This document shows positions 39,013 through 46,901 of a DNA stretch of 64,000 bases, piece by piece. Numbering within the stretch: the first letter of the stretch is position 1; every line of letters begins with the position of its first letter. The DNA lies in IMG/VR virus record IMGVR_UViG_3300033066_001857, positions 5,002-69,001 of that record. One strand, written 5' to 3'. The notes under the pieces are model-generated. The model had not been told where the DNA came from, searched no databases, and worked only from the letters and a program-made list of their open reading frames with translations. This DNA is from a virus (Duplodnaviria; Caudoviricetes). A program made the position numbers and the translations under genes.

Positions 39013-39246
39013 TTAGTGTTTTTCTTCGATGTGTACCAAAAATGTCTTGACTGAGTCAGTATAATTATCAATCCTCACTGTCACTCTGCCTCTATCCGGA
39101 TTATAAACTTCATGTTTCCAACCAAGGAAATGCGGCGGAAGAACCACCGTTTCCTCCTTTATGACGAGGGGATCAGGATTTACTTCTTTTACGGGCCTAG
39201 TACAGGAGAAGAAGGATAACAATAATATCAGATACAAGTATTTCAT
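39013..39246 (-). CDS. Small lipoprotein
   Basis: MKYLYLILLLSFFS-C lipobox-like signal; start taken at the second Met. Confidence 0.55.
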   Translation of the reverse strand: MKYLYLILLLSFFSCTRPVKEVNPDPLVIKEETVVLPPHFLGWKHEVYNPDRGRVTVRIDNYTDSVKTFLVHIEEKH

Positions 39247-39256
39247 AATCAATATT

Positions 39257-40261
39257 TTAGCACGGTCCATTATCAGTTATAGATGCAGATCCGCTTGTAA
39301 TGTTCAGAGAACCTTCGATACAACAGATATTCTGACTTGCTCCACCATTAAGGGTTGTCGACAACGGTGTAGAATCCGGGCAATCCAGCCATTCAATACT
39401 TACGTTAGGTGTTGCCTGTACTAAGTATGTATGACAGCTAACCGGGGCTCCAGTCGTTGTAGTTGTAGTACTAGAGCTTGTGGTAGTTGTTGTTGTGCCA
39501 GGAGCTGCTGTAGTGGTCGTAGTTGTCGTTGCTGGAGCAGCAGTGGTTGTTGTTGTCGTTGTTGTCGGAGCTGCAGTTGTTGTAGTTGTAGTCGTTGTCG
39601 GAGCACCGGTTGTTGTTGTCGTCGTACTAGAACTTGTTGTAGTTGTAGTAGTAGGAGCAGCAGTCGTTGTAGTGGTCGTAGTACTGGATGTACTTGTTGT
39701 AGTGGTAGTACTGGTTGTCGTAGTAGTACCGCTATGAGGAATACAATCTGAAATTATACTGCAGAACAATTCCTTGTATACAGCAAACTGTTCGAGAAGG
39801 GTTTCGTAATTAATAGACGGAACAAACTGAATTTTCCCAGAGGCTTTTGTCGGAGTTACTGTTAGCAACACAAGGCCATCATCTGCAATACCAACTTGAT
39901 TTTCTAAATAGTCCCGAGTATCTGCAGCATTTACTTTTACCTTGCCATCCCCACCAGTATCAGCTGGAACAAATAAACCATTGCTGGTAATTGATGCAGC
40001 ATTATTGGCAGATGGGTTTAACCTAAGATAGTATTTTGGGGAATGTCCAAGAATGCCTCCTCCTACTGCATATATGCTATTGGTGGAGTTTGCAGAAAAG
40101 GGAGTTTCCCCAAAGTCCAAAAGGTTGAGTTTCTGGAGTATTTCTGTAAGATAATCCCCAGTTTCCGTATCAATATTTGGGAGTTCAATTCCTGTGTACT
40201 GAACACAGTCAGTATCAAATATGATAGGACATCCGTCAAAGCATATAGAGGTTTTGGCCAT
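39257..40261 (-). CDS. Cys-rich virion protein with a ~90-aa mucin-like Thr stalk (paralog 2)
   Basis: DCVQYTG...GDGKVKVNAADTRDYLENQV; (TTTTTTT[AG]AP)n; small Cys-rich head. Confidence 0.65.
   Translation of the reverse strand: MAKTSICFDGCPIIFDTDCVQYTGIELPNIDTETGDYLTEILQKLNLLDFGETPFSANSTNSIYAVGGGILGHSPKYYLRLNPSANNAASITSNGLFVPADTGGDGKVKVNAADTRDYLENQVGIADDGLVLLTVTPTKASGKIQFVPSINYETLLEQFAVYKELFCSIISDCIPHSGTTTTTSTTTTTSTSSTTTTTTTAAPTTTTTTSSSTTTTTTGAPTTTTTTTTAAPTTTTTTTTAAPATTTTTTTAAPGTTTTTTSSSTTTTTTGAPVSCHTYLVQATPNVSIEWLDCPDSTPLSTTLNGGASQNICCIEGSLNITSGSASITDNGPC
39452..39728 (-). repeat. (ACN)n poly-Thr mucin-like coding tract
   Basis: Thr runs punctuated by AAP/GAP; synonymously mixed codons. 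Confidence 0.85.
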
Positions 40262-40264
40262 TTA

Positions 40265-40774
40265 TTACGGTGCTGGATATGATCCACATTCGGTTTCGTT
40301 AGGAGGGAAGTACATCGTAGATCCTTGACCCATTACATTCAGATATACTGAAGAGAATAGATCCTCCGGAACACGGAAGTAGAGATATATCCTTGTTTTT
40401 TTACTATCATTTGTTTGAGCTACACCCATAAACTTGAAGAGTGCCTGGTCTGTAATGTACAGATTGAGCGTTGCTACGGGGGTTGCTGTTCCAGGATTTG
40501 TACCAGTAACAACAAGTGTATCCATAGTGAATGTAACATCCCCAACAGTTACTCCCTTATAAGAGGTATTGCTTTCATCCATGGGTGAGCCAGAGTTGGC
40601 ATCATTATCCACGATAATGTAGAAATAGCCACACTTATACGAAGTAGGGGTTGGAAGATTCCCGCAAGTAGATGTAACCTCAATACTGCCATCAGTAATC
40701 ATTGATGTGATTACTGTTCCAGCAGGTAGGATCACAGTTTCTCCGGGGTGTAGTGTTACTGATTTAGATGCCAT
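40265..40774 (-). CDS. Putative structural protein
   Basis: 169 aa, beta-rich; in the structural cluster. Confidence 0.5.
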   Translation of the reverse strand: MASKSVTLHPGETVILPAGTVITSMITDGSIEVTSTCGNLPTPTSYKCGYFYIIVDNDANSGSPMDESNTSYKGVTVGDVTFTMDTLVVTGTNPGTATPVATLNLYITDQALFKFMGVAQTNDSKKTRIYLYFRVPEDLFSSVYLNVMGQGSTMYFPPNETECGSYPAP

Positions 40775-40784
40775 AGTTTATAGT

Positions 40785-42086
40785 TTATGCAGGTGCTCCT
40801 GTAGTTGTTGTAGTTGTAGAAGATGAGCTGGTTGTAGTGGTTGTGCTTGAAGCCTCAACTACAACTGAGCTGGTTGTACTTTCGTAGATCAGGACTGCAG
40901 TAGATCCATCAGAACCAGTTGCAGTGATTTCACAGAAGGCACATTGTGCAGCAGTCATTTTCTTGCTCAGGCACTTCTCACAAGTAACACTGCCATCACC
41001 CATTATTGCAGTGATTTCGATTGTCAGCGGACCACTTGTATCCAGGCCAGAGATTGCAATTTCATCAGTCAGGTTATTGGAAATCGTAATAGTAAAGTCT
41101 TCTACGTTTCCGTTCTGGTCTGTGATGGTACCAGTGCTTCCCTGATCGGTAAATCCGACAGGAATAGAAGTTCCTGCGCCAGAAGTGAACTTGAGAATAA
41201 TTCCACTTGCATCATCATTGTATGCAGCAGAGAATCCAAGTTTAACATCAGAGCAATCAGTTTTACAACAAGTATCTTCAATTGTGACAACCCTATCACG
41301 AATATCACAGAATGCAATCCAGAGATTGGCAAAGGATTGTGCAAGGTTTTGAGGAGATACTGTCCATCCTGGAGTAGATCCAAGGTCAGTATTCAAGCCG
41401 GAACACTGTCTTGCGATTGCAAGATTTATTTCAGTGGTAAGTCCCACAGCTGTCCTTAACTGGCAAAAAGCCTGGTCAAGTACATCCCATGCATCATCTA
41501 TTGATTTTGTTCCTACAAACAAGCAGTCTGAAGTAACATCTGGAATATTTGTGCTGAGGTTATTGATTTGTACCTGGAGATCGTCAGCTTGCACCTGTAA
41601 GTTAGAAATGTCATCCTGCATAGACGATACGTCTAGGAGGATCTGACAAACCTGATTAGCAATGCGTTTCGTGTAAGAACTGTGCGGGAGCTCAGTGATA
41701 AGGTCTCCATCGGCATCAGTGTATTGAAAGCAGCTAGCCAGAAGAATAATCGGATCAGACCCGCTTCCCGACGCTAATTCAAGGTTATCCAAAACATCCT
41801 GGATAGTACATACCTTATTGATAATAAGCTGCAGAACGGTCTTTAATGTCTTTTCTGGTTCAGGGCAGCTTATACATAAGTCAAATATGCACTTCAGGTC
41901 AAGGTCTGTGAGATCCAAAGAGTCTTTGATAGCGCACACCTCATCCGCTACTAACTTGATGGTCGTAGATATAGTCTGACCCTTCTCGATTCCGAGACAG
42001 GTCAGATCTTCCCCTTGCCAGATAACGCAGTTAGAGGTAGACTCGTTTCCGCACGGAGATTGTGAAGATGAATTAGATTTTATCAC
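40785..42086 (-). CDS. Cys-rich coiled-coil virion protein with Thr/Ser tail (paralog 3)
   Basis: SNCVIWQGEDLTCLGIEKG N-domain; heptad segment; many Cys; STTTTTSSSSTTTTTT. Confidence 0.6.
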   Translation of the reverse strand: MIKSNSSSQSPCGNESTSNCVIWQGEDLTCLGIEKGQTISTTIKLVADEVCAIKDSLDLTDLDLKCIFDLCISCPEPEKTLKTVLQLIINKVCTIQDVLDNLELASGSGSDPIILLASCFQYTDADGDLITELPHSSYTKRIANQVCQILLDVSSMQDDISNLQVQADDLQVQINNLSTNIPDVTSDCLFVGTKSIDDAWDVLDQAFCQLRTAVGLTTEINLAIARQCSGLNTDLGSTPGWTVSPQNLAQSFANLWIAFCDIRDRVVTIEDTCCKTDCSDVKLGFSAAYNDDASGIILKFTSGAGTSIPVGFTDQGSTGTITDQNGNVEDFTITISNNLTDEIAISGLDTSGPLTIEITAIMGDGSVTCEKCLSKKMTAAQCAFCEITATGSDGSTAVLIYESTTSSVVVEASSTTTTTSSSSTTTTTTGAPA

Positions 42087-42430
42087 AGGGTGTTAATTTT
42101 TTCAACAAGGTTAGAAATATTACAAACCTTTTGAGTTTCTACGGCAAACTCCGGGATACAGCCAGACTTACTCATTTCAAGAAGGGCTGGGTCTACCAAA
42201 AGATTGTTTCTGTAAGTATTTGAAGTGTAGAGACTCAGGTCCAAACTTTCGTTGTACTCCATAAGTTCCTTTAAATCAGACAGTTCTGTGACTGTATAAA
42301 GGTTCTTACAGGAGCTTATTCCGAATCTTATCTTGTTATACTCAGAAAATACCTTATCAGCAAACAGACATTTTATCTTCTGAAGCTGGCAGACAAAATT
42401 GTTATCTAAGCTATCGTAGCAGTTTTTCAA
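42083..42430 (-). CDS. Conserved crAss-like structural-block protein
   Basis: 115 aa; FADKVFSEYNKIRFGISSC. Confidence 0.5.
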   Translation of the reverse strand: MKNCYDSLDNNFVCQLQKIKCLFADKVFSEYNKIRFGISSCKNLYTVTELSDLKELMEYNESLDLSLYTSNTYRNNLLVDPALLEMSKSGCIPEFAVETQKVCNISNLVEKINTL

Positions 42431-42615
42431 GGATGGAAGTGTCTGATTTTCAAGTAAGTAGGTTTCTCCTGAACCTTTTTAGCCTGTTGAGGCTTTTTGG
42501 GTCCTTTTTCGTATTGCTCTAAGCACTTAGTGCAGCACTGGTTCCCATCGCTTGCAGTTCTTAATTTGCAGCTACAGCTTAAAGATGTTCCACAGTTAGG
42601 GCATATTGCGCTCAT
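42427..42615 (-). CDS. Small Cys-rich (Zn-binding) protein
   Basis: MSAICPNCGTSLSCSCKLRTASDGNQCCTKC; start taken at Met41 of the track ORF, directly after the upstream stop. Confidence 0.65.
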   Translation of the reverse strand: MSAICPNCGTSLSCSCKLRTASDGNQCCTKCLEQYEKGPKKPQQAKKVQEKPTYLKIRHFHP

Positions 42616-42616
42616 A

Positions 42617-43171
42617 TTAACAAACTTTACATTTTTCCAAAGAGAATCGATCCAGTTGCTTCCTGGCAAAATTATGAAGGGCAATTCCCTCATTTGGGGC
42701 CTTGCACCACTCAACTTTTGCCTTAGCAGCATCAATATAGCTTTTAATGATGCTCAGCTCCTTTCTTTTGGCATCTGTGTCTACATCCAGGGTATCACAA
42801 GGGTAAAATTTGAGCGTACACAGAGCCTTGTAATAGTCTCTGAGAAGGCATACCTGTCTGAGGTGATTATACTCCACCCAATCCTGGGTAGATCCCTGTA
42901 TCGCAGTAAGGCGAATTATGTAGATCCCATCTGGCAGATTTCCCATTTCCAGAGGGTCAGTTGCGGAAGTTACCCCAAGATTTGAGGCATTGTAGATATT
43001 ATCAAATCCTGCAGTTACAGGAAGGGTCACTGATTCGGTATATCCAGGTACCAAAATATCCAGATTTCGGCTCGCAACTGTCAGGGTAGAATCCCAAATA
43101 GAGGTATCAAATACCCGTATGACTTTGCCGTTGGATATGCTTGGGACCTCCAAAGAGATATCATGAGCCAT
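42617..43171 (-). CDS. Putative tail hub/structural protein
   Basis: 184 aa; IRVFDTSIW...LDILVPGY...LPDGIYIIR. Confidence 0.5.
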   Translation of the reverse strand: MAHDISLEVPSISNGKVIRVFDTSIWDSTLTVASRNLDILVPGYTESVTLPVTAGFDNIYNASNLGVTSATDPLEMGNLPDGIYIIRLTAIQGSTQDWVEYNHLRQVCLLRDYYKALCTLKFYPCDTLDVDTDAKRKELSIIKSYIDAAKAKVEWCKAPNEGIALHNFARKQLDRFSLEKCKVC

Positions 43172-43217
43172 AGATAGAGATTTTCAATATAATATACGGC
43201 TTAAAAAGGATTTCTCC

Positions 43218-43255
43218 AAAAAAAGAAGTCGTCTCCCAATGCGGGGGACGACTTC
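43218..43255 (-). terminator. Strong intrinsic terminator after the auxiliary capsid gene
   Basis: GAAGTCGTCCCCC-GCATT-GGGAGACGACTTC followed by TTTTTTT. Confidence 0.8.
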
Positions 43256-43279
43256 TTATTATGCCAATGAAAGATTAGA

Positions 43280-45010
43280 TTAGAGAGTCTCCAGAGCTAC
43301 ACCTGTTCCAGCAGTTGTCAGATAAGCATTCATCCAGCTTTCAAAGGTAGAAGCATTGACCCCTTGCTCAACAAACACCTTGTACAGGAAGCGGTCTTGT
43401 CCGATTGTACCGGAAGGACCAATACCAGTTGGGATTGTGTGAGTGATCACGTAGATGACATACTTCGATTTGCGGTTGATAGCATCCAGGTACGGATAGC
43501 TAAGAACTTCACGAAGCCTTGTGTCACCATTGAACCAATCTTGGGAGTAGCTTGCGCTAACCAGGAGTTCGCGGAGAGCGAATTCGCCAAGACCTTCGGG
43601 GATTACCGGCTGTTGAACCTCGGTTACAGGGAGGGACTGGAATGTGCAAGATTCACCGAACATGTTAACAAAGCTAACGATGATCTTAATCGGCTCAGTC
43701 TCAACGTGATCCATCGGATCGAAGCTAGCGTTGGAGAACTGATCAGTGATTTCGGTGGATTTCTTAGCAACGATACGCAGACCTACACACTGATCGGTAT
43801 CTTCTGCAGGAGCGCAGCAGGGGCACTCATCCCAAGCAACACCGTTATAGGATTGAGGGAAAGTGAACACTGCGGAATCCAGACCTTCACAAACCAGGTC
43901 GACTTCATTGTCGGACAGGATTGTAGCTTGGATTGTTTCAGTGCAACCTACATAGCTTGTACCAGCTTCAGTAGTAGTGGTAGTAGTTGTGTGGCTAGTA
44001 GTAGTGGTTGTGGTCGAAGTGGTAGTAGTGGTTGTTGTGCAATCACCATCGCCGACAACGATAGAACCAGATACAAATTTGTCATCACCAGAGTAAGCGG
44101 TGCGAACATCGCTCAGGTTAGAGCTACCATCTGATTTCAGAGGCAGGGTAAGACAAATTACTTTTTCAGCCTTATAAGAAACGTTGTACAGTGTCCATGC
44201 CAGTGTACCGCAGCTCAGAGAGATGCTGGACGGAGCAACAGCACTGTTTACAACTTTTACTTCATAGGTGCTTGTACCGCCGCTACGCTCGATCAGTTTC
44301 ACGTCAGCGTTGTGTGACAGAACTTCGGAGATAGCACGGATATTGCCTTCGTCGCAAACACTACCGCGATAGGTGTAAACTTTCAGGCCGTTTACACTGG
44401 TTTGACCTTGTGTAACAACCTTTACTTCTTTCAGGAATTTTGCAATCTCAGGATCGGCTACGATCTGTTCTGCAAATTTCTCAAATACAACTTTCGGATC
44501 AGCTGTTTCAGCACAAGCTACATCCGGACAATCTGTAGAAGGACAGCCAGTATAAACACCGAATGTACGGTACAGGTTACGAGTGTAGGTACGGAGAACA
44601 GGAGAACCTTTAACTTCTACACGCAGGTAGTAAGTTTTGTCTTTGTCGAAAGAAGGACAGGCACAATCAGCACTTCCGTTATAACCAATTTGCATAACGT
44701 GCGGTTTTTCATCGCGCGGTACAAATTTGGTGAAGCGTGTAATGAAACGACCGTTGATAGGACGAGACTTTACAGACTCTTGATAACCTCCGTGGAATTT
44801 GCCAAGTTTGTCATTCTGGTACAGGGAACCCTGTGTCAGAACAACTAAGGGGTGTGTTGCCACATCTGCGCTTGCGACGGAGATGAGATCCCATGTTTTT
44901 GCATCAGCAAAGCCAATCTGACCAGGGATAAGGTCAGAAGTCGTACCGCTCTGGAGGATAGCACCTGCCAGGTTTACGAACGCTTTGTGAAAGTGATTAG
45001 AAAAATACAT
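43280..45010 (-). CDS. Auxiliary capsid protein (crAss gene 75-like) with an inserted poly-Thr loop
   Basis: 576 aa; MYFSNHFHKAF...KFHGGYQESVKSRPIN...YYLRVEVKGSPVLR; position in the capsid block. Confidence 0.6.
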   Translation of the reverse strand: MYFSNHFHKAFVNLAGAILQSGTTSDLIPGQIGFADAKTWDLISVASADVATHPLVVLTQGSLYQNDKLGKFHGGYQESVKSRPINGRFITRFTKFVPRDEKPHVMQIGYNGSADCACPSFDKDKTYYLRVEVKGSPVLRTYTRNLYRTFGVYTGCPSTDCPDVACAETADPKVVFEKFAEQIVADPEIAKFLKEVKVVTQGQTSVNGLKVYTYRGSVCDEGNIRAISEVLSHNADVKLIERSGGTSTYEVKVVNSAVAPSSISLSCGTLAWTLYNVSYKAEKVICLTLPLKSDGSSNLSDVRTAYSGDDKFVSGSIVVGDGDCTTTTTTTSTTTTTTSHTTTTTTTEAGTSYVGCTETIQATILSDNEVDLVCEGLDSAVFTFPQSYNGVAWDECPCCAPAEDTDQCVGLRIVAKKSTEITDQFSNASFDPMDHVETEPIKIIVSFVNMFGESCTFQSLPVTEVQQPVIPEGLGEFALRELLVSASYSQDWFNGDTRLREVLSYPYLDAINRKSKYVIYVITHTIPTGIGPSGTIGQDRFLYKVFVEQGVNASTFESWMNAYLTTAGTGVALETL

Positions 45011-45050
45011 AGTGTTTATGTGTTTGGGTTAAAAAAACTCTTCTTTGCTA

Positions 45051-45063
45051 TACTATAATATAC
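45051..45063 (-). promoter_or_regulatory. Putative phage late promoter CGTATATTATAGTA; other copies at 19224, 43185, 49845, 57916, 58398, 60331 and 63764
   Basis: Same motif, always on the minus strand, 0-45 nt upstream of gene starts, often just after terminators. Confidence 0.55.
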
Positions 45064-45069
45064 GAAATT

Positions 45070-45768
45070 TTAATTGTTTTCTTCAATTCCTTGCTTTTCT
45101 CTTGAAAAATTATTATAGTCGTTGATATCTGCAGCTGCTATTTTTACAGCTTCGTCTATGATAAGCTCAACGATATCATCTTTGAACTCCAGTGTTTGCT
45201 CTGATCCCACTTTATCGTTCCAGTCTCGACAACCTTCGAAAACAATTTGTCTTGGAGCACGATAGTAAGTCAGGTGGCAATCAACAATATTGAACTCTCC
45301 ATTGGTGTAGATCCTGGCCTTATTTCCAATAAGTGTGGCAAAGGTTTCTGCCCACTTAAAGGAAGGTTTCAGAAGGTAGTCGATCAACAGATCATCTACG
45401 TTCGCCTCTTCGACCAAGGCTACATTAATCTTCCGTCTTTCATCACAGTCTTTTGTCTTTGCCCAGACAGTTATTCGCTTGAATTTCAAGTAGTTATCTG
45501 GCAAAGATTCTGTTTCAAAGTAGGTATCATTCCGAGAACCTTTCAGCTCTTTCTGAGTAAGAAGGATCTGCAGGTCATCAATTCTTGTTATGGATTGTTC
45601 ATCTCCTTCCTTGTAGATATTTCCACCATGAAGGTTCCTTCTTACCCAAGCGTTCTGTCCTTTATTGACAAGTTCAGCTTCTTGCCAGCACTCTAGGTTA
45701 GTAAAGTCATTGCTGGCAAGCTTATTTAGTCGCTGCTTAAACTTGAGTCGTACGAGATTATTATCCAT
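45070..45768 (-). CDS. Head-tail ring protein (crAss gene 74-like)
   Basis: KQRLNKLASND...FKWAETFATL...LTYYRAP...ELIIDEAVKIAAADI. Confidence 0.6.
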   Translation of the reverse strand: MDNNLVRLKFKQRLNKLASNDFTNLECWQEAELVNKGQNAWVRRNLHGGNIYKEGDEQSITRIDDLQILLTQKELKGSRNDTYFETESLPDNYLKFKRITVWAKTKDCDERRKINVALVEEANVDDLLIDYLLKPSFKWAETFATLIGNKARIYTNGEFNIVDCHLTYYRAPRQIVFEGCRDWNDKVGSEQTLEFKDDIVELIIDEAVKIAAADINDYNNFSREKQGIEENN

Positions 45769-45769
45769 G

Positions 45770-46819
45770 TTACCTACTCCAAATAGGATCGATCTGATTT
45801 TGAATATCTTCCAGTTCCATCTGGTTCACCGGCTGCCTGAGGAATTCAACTACCTCTTCGAGGTTTCCACCAAGCATGCTGTTGGTTGTCCTGTTGTAGA
45901 TCTTGTTATCACCTTTTGTGATGATCTTCTTCAAAAATGCTGCTTCCAGAACATATGCCCGTATAATAAGAGCATCGTTGTCTTTCTGAAGCATTGTCAG
46001 GAACTTTTGAGGAGCTTTCTTCTTATCCTGCTCAATCCCAACACCTTCAATGAAGGAGCTAAGATCGCTGTACCAGATATCTATCGGATCAGTCTTTTTA
46101 TACTGATTTGCGATAGGCAGAAGATTCTTTGCTAACCAGAACAGTTTCTGGGGTTCTTCCAGTTTTATTTTAAAGAGCTCGAAAATTGCGTTGTCTCTGA
46201 GCTGTTTCACTTTAGATTCCTGAACACGAGTGTCTTTACGACGTTCGATATAGAATTTGGGGTGATTTGCGGAATTCTTTGCGTTGTCATAAGATGTTGC
46301 AACATCATCGAATCCGCCAGCTTCGGCAGCAATGATAATCAGGAGCTGATGGGGATCTGAGGGATCAAGTACTTTACCATCATTCCCAATAACAAAGTTC
46401 ACATTAGCCCAGTAATCAGTACGGTGTGGGGAAAGTACCGTCTTAGACCAGAAGGAAGGATCGTCTACGTCAAGGTCATTTCCGTAGAGTTCTTTTTCCA
46501 AAGCAGAAACCGTTTCACGAATTACTTTGATTTTTGCTTTCCTTTCCTTTTCAGGAAGACGTTTTACTTCTTCTGCGAACTCATCCAGACCAGTGATATA
46601 GCGAGTGACACCATTGATAATGGTACATCGCAATTGCTGTTCATGCATGGTTCCTTCAAAGAGCACTTGTCCGTACTTTTCAAGACCCATATTTTGAACC
46701 GGGTTTTCCGGGTTAATGTAGGGCTTGATAACAATGTCCGTGGACTTGTATTGCCGAAATTCATCTACCAGATTTGAATAAGCTGGCACTTCGGTCTTTG
46801 TTTTAGTTGATACTGCCAT
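45770..46819 (-). CDS. Conserved crAss-like capsid-block protein
   Basis: 349 aa directly downstream of the MCP gene; NMGLEKYGQVLFEG...RYITGLDEFA. Confidence 0.55.
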   Translation of the reverse strand: MAVSTKTKTEVPAYSNLVDEFRQYKSTDIVIKPYINPENPVQNMGLEKYGQVLFEGTMHEQQLRCTIINGVTRYITGLDEFAEEVKRLPEKERKAKIKVIRETVSALEKELYGNDLDVDDPSFWSKTVLSPHRTDYWANVNFVIGNDGKVLDPSDPHQLLIIIAAEAGGFDDVATSYDNAKNSANHPKFYIERRKDTRVQESKVKQLRDNAIFELFKIKLEEPQKLFWLAKNLLPIANQYKKTDPIDIWYSDLSSFIEGVGIEQDKKKAPQKFLTMLQKDNDALIIRAYVLEAAFLKKIITKGDNKIYNRTTNSMLGGNLEEVVEFLRQPVNQMELEDIQNQIDPIWSR

Positions 46820-46846
46820 ATGATTGGTTTAGTTATTCTCTCTAAG

Positions 46847-46879
46847 AAGGTGGAGGGGGTCATGAACCCCCTGCCATCC
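46847..46879 (-). terminator. GC-rich hairpin after the MCP gene (attenuator or weak terminator)
   Basis: GGCAGGGGGTT-CATG-ACCCCCTCC; poor U-tract. Confidence 0.4.
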
Positions 46880-46901
46880 AATATGGTTCCACCTTGGGTG
46901 A

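Noticed and set aside
39421-39751. Poly-Val, poly-Gln/Leu and Cys/Ser-rich ORFs
   Set aside because: Alternative frames or antisense of the poly-Thr tract
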